Shown here piece after piece: positions 11,521 through 24,753 of a stretch of 64,000 bases of DNA. Every line of letters begins with the position of its first letter. Position 1 is the stretch's first letter. Origin of the DNA: Eledone cirrhosa (lineage: Eukaryota); the NCBI GenBank assembly GCA_964016885.1, contig OZ024744.1, positions 60,760,001 through 60,824,000 on the forward strand, written 5' to 3'. Position numbers and translations under genes: made by a program. The notes beneath the pieces are model-generated. The model saw only the letters and a program-made list of their open reading frames with translations, did no database searches and was not told the DNA's origin.

Positions 11521-12357
11521 CTAGCAGTGGTACCAGGCGTTGTACGGGATAAGGTATTTTGGAACGCGGACCGCCAACAGACCTAATCGTGGAAAAATTG
11601 CATGCGTGGACAATATGTAAAGAAAATAAACCGAATATTCTGATGGCTGGATAATCTTTAAGATTTTCCTCGATGAAGCAGGAAAAATGCAGGTTTTCAC
11701 CTAATGCCGGCCCTAGGGGGGTCAAGAAAATGAATTTTTTTCATGTGCATAATATGCCTTGAAATTTCGGGAAAATCGGCTAGACGTAACGCCTCAAAAA
11801 ACCCCTAAAAAGCTGAAAAGTTGGATTTTCTTTGACTAATACATAGTTACAATTTCAAGGAAACCAGTCTGGCGTAACGACTAAAAAAAGCCCATAAAAA
11901 CCTGAAAAAACGCAGTTTTTCACCTAATGCGGGCCCTAGGGATGAAAAAGTTGAATGTGCATAACCCTCCCTGAAATATAAGTAATACACATGTAAAGTT
12001 TGAAAAAAGTCGGTTGGGTACTTCTCGAGTTTTAGGGATTCAAACTCACAGACAAACATCCTCAGGGAAGTGACGTAATGCAGACAGTCAGAGATACAGA
12101 CAGATTTTATAAGGGCGCGACGTTATATGTATGTATCTATCTAAAAAGAGAAAGACTAAGAATTATAGAGAGAGATCGCTAAATCGCCTAATGCGGTCTC
12201 TAGGGCATTGAAAATTTGAAATTTGTTTTGCTCAGAAAACTCCTTGAAACATAAGTATTACATGTGTAAAGTTTGAAAAGAGTTGGTTGCGTGGTTCTCG
12301 AGTTTTAGGGATTGAAACTCACATACAGACAGACATCCTCAGTTTTATATATATAGA
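11521..12357 (-). mobile_element. Non-autonomous Helitron
   Basis: Minus strand begins TCTATATATATAAAA followed by (CTGT)n and ends with a GC hairpin plus CTAG|T. It contains internal duplications. Confidence 0.75.
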
Positions 12358-12827
12358 CTAGCAGAAAACCGCCTTTCGGGTGGTTTTCTGCTAGTCTATA
12401 TATATATTACACACACAGAAATGTATATATATTTCTGTGTGTATATATATATATTTCTGTGTGTGTATATATATATATATTACACACACACAGAAATGTA
12501 TATATGTTTTTGTAGCACTCCTCAATTCCCCCCTCTCTCCCTCCCGCTATCCCCCTCTTGTAGTCTGTCTCTTTCTTTCACTCTCACTCTCTCTCTACGC
12601 GTGCGCAAAAAACATTCGCACGCGCGCACGTGTTTTAGCGTCTATTCACTCTCTCTCTCTCTCCCTCTCTCCCTCTCTCCCTCCCACTATCCCCCTCTCG
12701 TAGTCTGTCTCTTTCTTTCACTCTCACTCTCTCTCTACGCGTGCGCAAAAAACATTCGCACGCGCGCACGTGTTTCCACTGTCGGACAGACAGACAGAGA
12801 AATTGCTGGTTATATATTATAAGGAGA
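12358..12827 (-). mobile_element. Non-autonomous Helitron abutting the previous one
   Basis: Minus strand begins A|TCTCCTTATAATAT followed by (CTGT)n. The terminal hairpin CTAGCAGAAAACCACCCGAAAGGCGGTTTTCTGCTAG is shared with the 4873 and 40364 family. Confidence 0.65.
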
Positions 12828-13307
12828 TAATAGAATTAGAATTTAGCTTCGAACATAGCTGTATACAAATAAGTATTTCAATTTCATATTTCTAAAGAAA
12901 TACGGTATGTTTATGAATAAACATTTAGAAAGCCATAGGTATGAATAACATTTTAAGTTGAGCCAACTTATGCAGCTTCATATGCAAATGAGATTAATCA
13001 CCTCATTTACACAGACGAAAAAACTATATATTTTCGCCCGTTTTCAAAGTCCAGCAGTTGCAAGAGCGGGAGAGATCGTCCTGACGAGAACCAGTAGAGT
13101 TCGAAATGCATCGATGGTTGTCCCTCTCGCTTCAGCCGAACACCGCTCGGTGTCGTTGTCTGCCAGTGTTATTCATAACTACGGTTTTCTAAATGTTTAT
13201 TTATAAACATACCGTATTTCTTTAGAAATACGAAATTCGAATACATATTTGTATACAGTTATGTTCGAAGTTAAATTCTAATTCTATTCTATTTTAAGTT
13301 GAGCCAG
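12828..13307. repeat. Inverted repeat (~115 bp arms, 12828-12944 / 13182-13290) enclosing a hammerhead
   Basis: Arms are imperfect reverse complements. ATTTTAAGTTGAGCCA is directly repeated at ~12950 and ~13292. Confidence 0.85.
13075..13118 (+). ncRNA. Minimal type I hammerhead ribozyme
   Basis: AUCGUC CUGACGA GAAC-caguaga-GUUC GAAA UGCA UC GAUGGU: palindromic AUGCAU stem III, AUC triplet. Stem I can extend through GAGCGGGAG/CUCUCGCUU. Confidence 0.85.
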
Positions 13308-13799
13308 ATATATTTATTTCACCGTTGTTTCAGCCAAGGATTCTATGAAAACTTAATCCACAATTACTCCCACTCCATCCCCGAGTCCAGTAGTGGGAAG
13401 GGCTCTTCTTGGGTGTTCCTCATCCCCGCTATCTCACGACAAATACAGCAGGTCACACACCAAGCAATAAGTAAAAATGACATACAGGGAAAAAAATCTA
13501 CTTGTGATGTAAAAAAAAAATAAAAAAAAATAGCTATAACATTCTACAATAAAAGAAGAAAGGAAAAAAGGAGAGGATAGGAGTTGATCATCAGATCAGA
13601 CCAAGGAAACAATGTTTCCTAGTGATTTTATCGCTGATACTATCTGCCGGCCGCTACTGCAGGCAGAAAGAGGCTGGCCAATCCATTAAATTCTGGACTG
13701 GTATTTTATTTATCGACACAGAAAGTTTGAAAAGCAAAGTTAACTTCTGTGGGATGTGAACTCCATAACTGTTGAATGTAGAATTTAAGATTTTGGCTC

Positions 13800-14770
13800 A
13801 GGTGCTAGCGGAGAGGTTGGCGCTTGTAGTCAGTAGTTTGGTCGGAAACCACAGACTTGTGCAATCTCGAACGGATCACTTTACAACCTCCATCTTATGC
13901 AATACGTCATACAAAGTTTGGTTTATGTAGGGTCCTGATTAATTTGGATCAATGGAAAGCTTTCGATATGGCTGACTATCGATACTTGGCGGCTGGCCTT
14001 AATGCAATTGGTTTTCTTTCTGTTTTCAGAGGCTTTTTTGTGTAAATGTACAGCGGCGTCTGTTCGGTGATCAAAATAAATGGTCACATATTGGAACCAT
14101 AGTAAAATCACGGATGGGTCCGTTAAGGGTGACCTCCCTCACTCCTTCGTATGTACTGGCTTTTGAGCTACGAATGCAGAGGCTGGAGTTGTTGAAGGGC
14201 ATCCATTTTAAACAAGGACAAGGACCAAGTTTACACGTGCAGATGCATAAGAAGCCGTAACGGGAGCAAAAATCAATCTGAACAAGTCCGTAGGGTTGCA
14301 GCTACGCACACGGAGTGGAATATTCATGGCATTGGATAGCGTTATGAGACACTGGAACTAGTTAAACTCACTTGAAGTCTGATTCGATCAAGACCTCTAA
14401 GTAGACAGGGTCTCAAACGCAAGATAGCCAATCTCACACAGAAATGGACTACGAGAAAGCTGTTTCTGAATGGTTGAACGAATTTGGGATTCGCGTTCAA
14501 TTGCCCTCATTATACACTAATGTCTCACCGTCGTCATATGCCCTATTTGCCATGTGACCAGATTGGAGCATCCCTTTTTTATTTCTTGTAGAAGAAACGC
14601 TTCCCACTGGTCAGGCGATCCAATGGCTGTCGATATCCTCAACACGGAGGATATAGTATGCTGTGCTGTGGCTGATGATATGCATGCATGTGCTTAGGCT
14701 GCGGAAACATTCCTAGATGGTAAATAGGCTTGGTCGTCCTTCATTAGGCATGTGTTTCCACTGTTCTGCG
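13800..14770 (+). mobile_element. Degenerate L1/Tx1-like LINE RT fragment
   Basis: LINLDQWKAFDMADYRYL...GF followed by V.(Q)G..LS.L.YVLA remnants; many lesions. Confidence 0.65.
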
Positions 14771-14909
14771 CACACATGTTTAGTGTCCGAACATTGTTGT
14801 TCTGTAGGATAAGATCTAATGGATCTAGTTATCGATCGAATCCATTGTGAAGATTGCACCCCCATCTTCCTTTAGACAGGAAGATCTGGAAATGTTCCTT
14901 TATTTAGTG

Positions 14910-15923
14910 CAGAGTTTCTCAAAACTAGGACGCAAGGGAGCGGTCGCGGGTCGGTAGAGATAATATAATAGTATATTAAATATCAAATGAAACATATTAT
15001 ATATAAATATAATATAATAAAAACAATATAATATCTATTTATACATAGTATATATTTAACGAAGGATGTTAGTAGGAAATAGTTGTTGTTAGATGAACTA
15101 ACACGTTTATTGGATGATATAACAAAAATAAAGATTTACTTCATATATAAAGGTTTACTTCACTTGAGTCAAAAAGAACAATAATCAAGTTACCAAGAGT
15201 TGCGAAAGTTGACAATGTTATTTTGTTTTTGATGTGAAAACAGCGAACGACCAGATAAAATTTGTTGGTGGTTAAAGTTTGTTGCAGTCGTCATAGTAGT
15301 TTTCGTCGTGAGTGTGAGACCATAGTGAGTGAGAGATAGTAATTGTCTGTAATTGATTGTAGACCACTGTGGCTTGTAGATAGCGGAATATCTTTCACAT
15401 AGCGTGTCTGTAGTAGTAGGGCTCTGATCTCTCTATCTCTGTAGACCTCTAGGGTCTGTTGATAGCGGTGAATCTTTACATAGTTTGTTGTGTATCATAG
15501 AAATCCGATCTATCTGTATTTCTGTAGACCACTGGGGTCTGTTGATAGTGGTGAATCTTTCACATAGCGTGTTCTGTAGTGGAGTGCTCCGATGGCTCTG
15601 TGTAAACGTGGGATGATAAAGGTTTTATATACCTGTGGCTTCCTGTCTCCCACCTTGAGGGGATAGCCAACGCCTCAACCTGTTCACACCAAAAGGGTGG
15701 TGACCTAGAATTTGACCTTTAGGTGTCACCCAAGGTTCAAGGCGTGGACAGATCTCGCTACATATATTATATTATTTATTATATATAAATTAACGATTTT
15801 ATTTACCATATATTATTTACAATTTACGTGTAGGTAGGTCCCTCTGGAAATAGTGGTGGGGGTACTGAGGGTATTACGTGGCCGTGAGGTGGGCAGTGGC
15901 CTCAAAACGTTTGTGAACCTCTG
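14910..15923. mobile_element. hAT/Charlie-type MITE carrying a nested LTR-like insert (~15084-15762)
   Basis: CAGAG...CTCTG terminal inverted repeats and an 8-bp TSD ATTTAGTG/ATCTAGTG. The insert reads TG...CA on the minus strand with a TATA box and AATAAA. Confidence 0.55.
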
Positions 15924-17054
15924 ATCTAGTGGCTATGATGAAAGAAGCTGTAATAGATGCCTGCAAATTGACTAAAGACAGACATATTTTTCAAGTTGGA
16001 AAGGAAAGAAGCATGAGGACTCCCACCACTCCACCCGTGACATTTTCTCCTCTTGTGACTTGTCTCTCCTATCATTTTCTTCTTGTTACTTTTGTTCCTT
16101 GTCGCTCCCCTCCTTGTGACATTTTCCTGCAATTTGTTTCCTTGTGATTTTCCCCTTTGCAGCTTAACCCATTCTGCATTTTTTCCCACCTGCGACTTTT
16201 TCCCGTTTGACTTTTCTTGCGTGTTTATTTTCCCCCGTGACATTTTACTCTGCGATTTATCCCTGCGACTTTTTCCACATGTTACATTATTTTAACTTCA
16301 TTTAGTTTGCCCCACCTTATATATATATGTGTGTGTGTGTGTGTTCATTTCTCTGCTCTACTCCAATATCACTCGAAGCAGGAGTGGACAGGAAATCCCT
16401 AAGTAATTGGACTGGTTTCAACCAGAATCTCGTTTTTATGTATGTTATTGTTTTGTCTTCTTAGTAGTTGTTTGGCTTCTTATTTCAGTAATGATGAAAC
16501 ATTCATATGATCTAAAATGTTTCTGATATCACCATCCCATCTTCAATTCAGACGTAGTGTATCTAGGACTACATTATTTATTTTTATTTTATATCATAGA
16601 CCCTTGATTCCTGATGAAGTCGTCTGGTGCCGCCGTTACAGTACAGTACAGTATAGTACAGTACAGTATAGTACAGTACAGTGCAGTGTAGTAATTAAAG
16701 TGTGTGACTATTGTTGTTTAGCCTCAAATCATTCCTGATCCACATGATTCCTATGATGAAAGATATTCCATCTCATCTTTTTCCCCCGTTCAGTGGGTTT
16801 ATACGCCCCACTATTATACTATATTATAGTCAAAAATATTACGGCGAAGCTTCTATTTCTATTTCAATTCTAAACTTTGCTCGCCACGTTCCAAACGTTC
16901 TTCTTTTATATGTGTCTCTGTGTGTCGTATGTACGTATATATATATATAGGAACATGTTAGGCTTGAGCTCTGCCGTTGGGGTCTATTACTACTCTAAGT
17001 ATTGAGTACTCTGGTGCGTTATGGTCCATCTGGTTCCTTACCACACTTCCTTCG

Positions 17055-17111
<57 letters not shown>

Positions 17112-17147
17112 GGTTAAGACGGGATTAATTCACCACAATTGTATATT

Positions 17148-17199
17148 GCATGATATATATTTCCTGTTACATGGTTATTCATGTGACTTCGTCAGATGC
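17148..17199 (-). ncRNA. Candidate minimal hammerhead (irregular stem II junction)
   Basis: Minus strand GCAU CUGACGA A GUCACAUG-aauaac-CAUGUAAC AG GAAA UAUAUA UC AUGC, lying between two (TA)n tracts. Confidence 0.55.
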
Positions 17200-17382
17200 T
17201 TTCGCAATCATTGATGCAGTTATGCAATCATTGTGATATGCCGGTGAGCATGCACGCCCAACCACTTCACTATCGGGGATAAACTACTGACATGTAGTGC
17301 CTTATACTCTCAGTCGCTTCACGCCATGAAACCGGGATAAGCACTGGCCAAATGAGCCTTCTGGCTTAAGACATACTTTAGA

Positions 17383-17424
<42 letters not shown>

Positions 17425-18512
17425 ACAATTCTGGTGTATATATATATATATATACCTCTACTTTCACACCACAAAATGAAAAATACAGCTGCTTCGAATC
17501 GTAAATACAATTGATGATTGTATTGTTCAATAATGATTATAGTGTTCAATAAGGCCTCGGTGTTGTGCGAGCAGTGATTTTGATTTTAGCATGGGCTGTA
17601 CCCACCCTTAAAAACTGACAAGTTGGTAGTAAGGCAGCAGTTGTGTTGCCACAGAAATAGTTGTAGAAGTAAACCGTATTTAGTAAGCTGTGTTGTCAAA
17701 ACAGGCGACGTGCGAGAAAATAAGTCTTGCTCGGGCCAAACGACAGTGCATTTATAATGACCGCTATTTGCTTTACAGAAAACAGATGACCTTAGAAAAT
17801 GTCCTGTCCTTCCACATGGGAAATCTATCTACAGAAATCTCTGCGAAGTCGTAGGTCAATTCCATGGTGGTCATGACCAACACAGAAAACATCGTGGGAA
17901 AACATTTCTTTCGACACACACACATACACACATGCATACAATATATACTTGAATATAAGTAGAGCCTCTATTTTCTGTCTGAGAAATGGGTAAAACTCGA
18001 AAACCCATTTATAAACCGAGACAGCTATGGTTTAGATGGTGTGGTTTTGAAATGCTCACGAGTGGAGAATATATTGATGGAGTTTTAATATTTTGATATT
18101 TAAAGGTATTATTATAGAAAGACACCCAACCGATTTCAGTGGGAAATAATTATTTTCTTCGGTCTTTTCGTGTACTACCAATTAAACTTACCGCCTTAAT
18201 ATGGTCGTAAGAACCCCCCCCCCCCGGAAAAGGAAACGGCAGGGGAAACCCCACCGAGCTTACTTCACCATTTCTTTTCCCCTCGTTTTTCTTTTTATGT
18301 GCTATCTCTGAACATACTGCAATGACTTTTTTCTCCGAAAAACGGAAGGGAAAGAGGGTGGACCTTCGGACTTTCATCCCCTCCACAATAGTTAGGATTA
18401 AGGGGTAAATAAAACTTAGGGAAGGGGGCGGGGCAGATCCCAGCCCAATCCGTTTTCCGGAGAAAAAGTCTTTTGCAACATGTTCGGATGTATGATTCGT
18501 TAGTTGCACACC

Positions 18513-18540
<28 letters not shown>

Positions 18541-18543
<3 letters not shown>

Positions 18544-19790
18544 TCTATTCCTAAGCTTCTGTATCTGCTCAGGGTCAGCCCCTCTCACAGATTTCCGTCC
18601 TGCCTCCAACGCTTCGACGACCTAATCTTCGAGAGACTCGAGTGTCTGGTCAATGTTAGACTCTCTCCAGAGTCCCGCTATCAGGCTGCGTTGCCCAAGC
18701 GATTTGGGGGTTTTGGTCTCCGTAAGTGTTCGTCCCTCTCTCTCCCCTGCTTCCTTTCCTCCACCCACGCTTGCTCCACCCTGGTAAGCAGCATCCTCTC
18801 CTCTCCAACATGGACTAGTTCCAACAGGGAGTTGGGTGGAGCTCTCCAGCGGTGGAGTGAGCTGGGCTTGTCTCTTCCTGAGAAGGTGGAGGACAGTCGA
18901 AGTCAGAGAGCTTGGGACAGCATAAGTTCGAAGACCACCTTCGACTCCCTCTTCGTCCAGTCAGATCAGTTTGCAAGATGCCGCTTACTATCTGCCAGCG
19001 CCAAATACTCAGGCGACTAGGCCGATGCCCTACCCGTGGCCAACGTTGGTGGCCTACTCAGCCTGGACGAACTTCGTGTCTCTATCGCCCTCAGAGTGGG
19101 AGCCGACGTCTGCATGGGTTTGAGGTGTCGATGCGGCAAACTCCTCGACTCTACAGACCTCCGCGGTCTTTCTTGCCGCCTGAATGCCGGCCGCTTCCCG
19201 CGTCACACGGAGATAAACCTCATTCTGAAGAGAGCTTTGGCTCGGGCGAATATCCCCTCAGACTGGGAACCATCTGGGTTGTCCAGAAGTGACGACAAAA
19301 GACCTGACGGTCTTACCCTGTGCCCCTGGTCGAGAGACAGGTGCCTTGTCTGGGACGTCATTGTTAGTTACTCTTTTGCTCTTTCCCACATCCTGGATGC
19401 TGCGGTTAGGACGAGAGCCACAGCTTCTGCAGCCGAGCGGAATAAGACGCTCAAATACTCTGCTCTGTCAGCCAGCTACATTTTTCAGCCTGTGGCTTTC
19501 GAGACGTTTGGGGGAGTCGGGCCGCTGACTGCGAGGTTCCTTTCCTCACTGGCGGCTCGCCTAATAGAGGTGACTGGCGAATCTCTCGAAGGTGCTTGGC
19601 TGTTTCAGCGCAGCAGCCTCGCCATCACCCGAGGCAACGCTGCGAGTGTGCTGGCTTGCCTCAAAAATCATTAGAGGTTGCCCAGTACTCGCGACGTTGC
19701 TGTCTTTTGCTCTGGTGGTGGCTCCGTTGTTCACCCCTTCCTTTACATTTTCTTTAATATTGTAGCATTGAAGGAATATATCTTTCATTA
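18541..19790 (+). mobile_element. CRE-like non-LTR retrotransposon, 5'-truncated: RT thumb, zinc knuckle, restriction-like endonuclease
   Basis: GGFGLR...CRCG...C...RH...RPDGLTLCPW...LVWDV...FQPVAFETFG, with an in-frame TAG at 19018-19020. The 3' end is duplicated at ~20120-20440. Confidence 0.85.
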
Positions 19791-21652
19791 TATCATCCTT
19801 TGTAGTATTACCGAGGCATTTGTAATGTTATTTATGTATATATTTGTTATGTTATTCTACTGTAAATTTATTTATATGCTCTGTTTATATTTTCATTCTG
19901 AAGGAACTTATCCACTTGTGTTGATATAAGTGATTTTATGACTTTCCTGTAAGCGTTATTATAAACGTGAATAAATTACATATTCTCGTTAAAATAAATA
20001 GTAAACACGGTTGTGATGTGTATGAGGGTATGTGTATGTGAAAATTCGAGGTACAACCTCTTCCTTCTCTTTATTCTGGAGGAAAAGCCTTAAGATCATA
20101 TTAGGGGATAGGTTTAACGGGCGAATCTCTCGAGGGCGCTTAGTTGTTCCAGCGCATCAGCCTGGCCATCATCCGAGGTCACGCTGCGAATGTGTTGGCT
20201 TACCTCAAAAATCATTAGCGAGGTTGCCCGGTACACCTCGCTACGCGGCTGTCTTTTGCTCTGGTGGTGGTTCCGCTGTTCACCCCTTCTTTTACATTTT
20301 CTTTAATATTGCAACATTAAAGGAATATATCCTTCTGAAAGAATCGCGAGCAATTAATAATGTTATTTACGCATTTGTAATGTTATTTATGTATATATTT
20401 AAAACATATTTACTATGTTATTCTACTGTAAATTTATTTATATGCTTTGTATATATAAAAAAAAAAAAAGTTTAATTGATAGCCCACAAAAAATAAATAT
20501 ACGAAGAAAAAAATATCTCACTGAAATCCGTAATGATGTGTCTATAAATTAACCGTTTAAAATGTTTTAAATATCGTTTAGAATGTAATTTTTGTTTCAC
20601 AACTCCGTTGGGTAATGAATTTCCATTACATTAAGATTCAACAAGTTTCTCAAATTTTTGTTTATTTCCGGCCACTCACATGCTGGGAATATTTTGAAAG
20701 CAAGAGATCGAATAAGAGAACTTTGTATAGAAACTCATAGAGTATAACAGAAAGGGAGAGACATCAAGTGAGAGAGAGAGAGAGGTGAGTTAGAGCAAGA
20801 AAAAGAGAGGGAAAGAGAGGAAGAGTAATAAAATAAAATCAGATGAGTGAAAAAAAATATTGTCAGAAAAACGTGTGTGTGTGTGTGTGCGTGCGTATGT
20901 GTATATGGGATATTTATATATTAAAAAGTTCAAAATATACAAAATTGTTGGAAATATTTTCAGGGAATGCATAAAGAACACCAATGACGATGTAAATGTA
21001 GATAAACAGTGTTTCACTGTAAAATATTCACTCCAGATAGTTTAGCACTTTATTTAGGTAGAATTTGAAGTTGGTGAAAATCACCAAAATATTGACCCTG
21101 AATATAAGTCAACTCCATTTTACCATCGATTTTTCGGTCACATATTCCTTGACTTATATTCGAGTATATAAGGTACATACATACATATACACATGTGCGT
21201 GTGTATATGTGGTTGTGTAGCGATAGAGTCAGCCTAAACAAAAAAGCGCTCTTTATATAAAGGGCTAATTTTCTATGAAGCGTGAGATACCAGCTAAGTA
21301 GTGAGCAGTGAAAGATATGTGGGTGTGGTGCAAGACACGTTTAAACAAAGGTTTTATTCACATGTTTAGTCCTTAAAATAACTACGGCCCTCGCGAAACA
21401 AGTTTTGCAATTGAGAGACCGAGGTATAAAATGGAGAATTTTAGAAAAAGCCGGACCACATATCAATAGTCTAACACGTTGGTCATATAAGCCCCTGGAG
21501 ACAGCGTCGCTCATGGACCTTGAACTCACATCTGCCGTATGTAGAACGACTTTAAGCTAAAATATATTTTCTAAAATTTCGTAAGTCGCTCAATGGTCCT
21601 TAAAGTAGATTCTGTTAATTTACACACTGGCCGATTGATAAAGCTTAAATAA

Positions 21653-21835
21653 CTGTTTCTACTTTTGGCACAAGGCCAGCAATTACTCCAGTGTATTACT
21701 GGTACTTTATTTTATCGACCTCGTAAGGATGAAAGGCAAAGTTAACCTCGGCGGGATTTGAACTCAGACCATAAAGGGCCGTAACTCTTTGCTGAAAAGC
21801 ATGGCGTCCGACCCTCTACCGATACTGCCAATCCG
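21653..21835 (-). mobile_element. SINE family S1
   Basis: Reverse complement of the 25645-25830 sequence. Confidence 0.85.
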
Positions 21836-21884
21836 GGAAAATTTACCAGCTCCGCTTTGACGTATACTCTCCATCACGCTATAT

Positions 21885-22210
21885 ATCTTCATCCACTTAT
21901 TTCTGGGAGGGTCGTGGGGCAGAGTCCTCAGATACGCCTTCCCGAGTGTCCTATCAGAAGAAACGTTTCCAATTGATCCGGCTGGATCCCCAAGAGGGAT
22001 AACCAACCTTATGGATATTATCCAACTATCTTGCTCGGGTCTACTCCTAGTTTTCCTGTCGGCTGACTTTGCCTGTAAAATCTGTCGATTTATTTCCTTA
22101 GACATTCTAACCACATGTCCGTAGTGTCAGAGCTGTGATCTCTTGATTCGGAGAAGTAGCGGCGCTATCTGGAGCGACTCACCCTATTGATTAACATTAC
22201 TCCGAAGAAC
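21885..22210 (-). mobile_element. RTE-like LINE 3' fragment
   Basis: GHVVRMSKE...RQILQAK....TRSRP motif; similar to 28560-28820. Confidence 0.6.
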
Positions 22211-22793
22211 TTTCGGAGGAATCCCATTTCGGTCGCTTGCATTCGCGATTGTATTCTTCGGGTTTGTTTCGTGGAATATATATGGACACAGATTTATGTC
22301 GACAACCTGACAAGCCGACTTCAGCGCCGAACAACTTTCATAGCTAGTGAAGTGCGGTACTACAATAGAGACAATGCTGCACTCAGTGAGACCAGGCTAT
22401 TCGAAGAGAGCTCTTTTAATACATACATACATATAAGTATGGAAATTTCTCGCAGAATAGTACGTTAGTCTTGCTTATTGAGTAGAATCTGATTCACTGA
22501 GGAGGTCTGAAAAGGTAAAAACACCTTTGTTACTTTCATGACAGGATCCATTATCATTATTGACCAGATATATTTCTGGCTTATTGTTTTTAAATTTTAA
22601 ACACTCACAGAGGAAGACTTTGCCAAATAATTGCTTGGATATTCTCAGTTGATCAACATTTTTCAATTCTTTACATTACATACGTGCATGTGTACCCCTG
22701 ATGTGGATATATGGCACATTGTGGATTGATATATGATGACATCTGGGTAGAAATATATATGGCACATTGTGAGGTGATATATGATGACATTTG

Positions 22794-22831
<38 letters not shown>

Positions 22832-23607
22832 CATACATACATACATATATATATGGCTCATTGTGGATTCTGAAAAACTAACAGAACTGATGGAAGTCCT
22901 TGGAAGTACTGATTAATTTAGTGAACGAGGGCAGTTGTGTGGGTACTAGTTTGTTTTGTTGGCAGTGTGTGTGAGTTATGAGTATGTACTGATATGTGTT
23001 ATATTGGACATGTATGTGTTGTGTTGACGTGTGTTCGTATGTGCGCGTGTGTATAGGTGTTTCGTTGAACATGTGTGTGTGTGTGTTTGTATGCTATGTT
23101 GGACGTGTGTGTGTATGAGTACTGATATGTAGATGTTAACAAAAATATATATATATATTAACAGTATATACTTGTTCCTGTATTATCACTTGTTTTGTGC
23201 AGATCAACATGTATGTTTAAAATAATCAGATGTGTTAGTAAAGAAGTTATGGGGAGGAAAACATATAGCTGCCAAATCGGGTTCATTAAGGGCATCCGGT
23301 GGTTCAGCTCACACGGTGGACTTCAATGTTTAGCAACAATAGATCATGTTTGTTGTTCTACATTGCAATATGTACCAGTTGGTCTACTACATGTGAGAGA
23401 TGGCAGTTTAAGGATAACAGATATATCTGTATATCTGCTGTCACTGTGCCAGCCGAGTGGTGCCAGTTGGTCTACCACATGTGGGAGAGCATCAAATCAT
23501 CAGATTTGCGGTATCTGATCTAGCTCCTTGGGTTCTAAGACACAAATGATGATGTGATGAATTTTAGCCTAGTTTAATGTTTCATGAAAAAGAAAGCGTC
23601 ATACAAT

Positions 23608-23962
23608 AATTCTACTTTTGGCACAAGGCGAGAAATTAACCAGTTCATTACTGGTACTTTATTTTATCGACCCCGTAAGGATGAAAGGCAAAGTTAACCT
23701 CGGCGGGATTTGAACTCAGAATGGCAAGGGCCGTAACTCTATGCGTCAAAGCATGGCGTCCGACCCTCTATCGATACTGCCAATCCATACAATAATAATA
23801 ATTGTTTCTACTTTAGGCACAAGACCAGCAATTACCCAGTGTATTACTGGTACTTTATTTTATCGACTCCGTAAGGATGAAAGGCAAAGTCAACCTCGTA
23901 AAGGGACGTAACTATGCTGGAAAGCATGGCGTCCGACCCTCTATCGATACTGACAATCCACC
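23608..23962 (-). mobile_element. Two tandem SINE S1 copies
   Basis: Two copies of the S1 body at ~23608-23790 and ~23802-23962. Confidence 0.85.
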
Positions 23963-24209
23963 AATAATAATAATAAAAAAAAAAGAAATAATTGTGAGAA
24001 TTACAGCAATTTTGCTTTATTACAAAAGGAAACACGCACACATTAAAAAAAGATTATTTTGCAGACCAAAAATTTCAGAGAATTGAAGCACATCACACAC
24101 ACACACACATATATAATCTATCTCACACATTTATATTACAAACATCACATTATATACCTGTGTGTGTGTGCGTGTATATATATATATATATTGTTATACT
24201 TTGGGAGGG

Positions 24210-24584
24210 TCATGTTGCCAATGAGAAACACATGCACCAATTGTTTCACTTCAATTTATTATAAATTTCCGGTTGGTTGGTTCCACAACCGGATGGTTGT
24301 TCATATATTGTCAAAGTTCTTTCGTCACATATTCCGTGACCGGGGATCTTTTCTTTGTTTTGTGCCTCTCCTTCGTTCTATCCTACGCCATCTAAAACAA
24401 GATGGCGTAGGATAGAACGAAGGAGAGGCACAAAACAAAGAAAAGATCCCCGGTCACGGAATATGTGACGAAAGAACTTTGACAATATATGAACAACCAT
24501 CCGGTTGTGGAACCAACCAACCGGAAATTTATAATAAATTGAAGTGAAAGCAACTGGTGCGTGTGTTTCTTATTGGCAACATGA
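24210..24584. repeat. Palindrome family A, second copy (hammerhead core deleted in both arms)
   Basis: Arms flank a 6-nt loop at 24394-24399 and are homologous to 592-1112. The CUGAAGA segment between the GTCAC repeats is missing on both arms. Confidence 0.93.
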
Positions 24585-24688
24585 ACGTTTAAACACAGGT
24601 TTCAGATAAAGAATCTTGCTAAATAAATTCAGAAACGAAATATGTATATATATATATATACGATATTTTAACAAATGGAAACTATATT

Positions 24689-24753
24689 TATTTAATTATA
24701 CATATTTCAAGGACAACAAGTCAAATTATGGTGCGCTTTCATCAGATAAAATA
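24689..24753 (-). ncRNA. Minimal hammerhead motif (left arm, family B)
   Basis: Mirror of 25044-25105 with one stem I mismatch. Confidence 0.6.

Noticed and set aside
16605-16860. CUGAUGA at ~16611 with possible CGCCGU/ACGGCG pairing far downstream
   Set aside because: There is no GAAA at the right position and no stem I complement. Similar isolated CUGAUGA hits at ~6503, 7153 and 53296 were also rejected.
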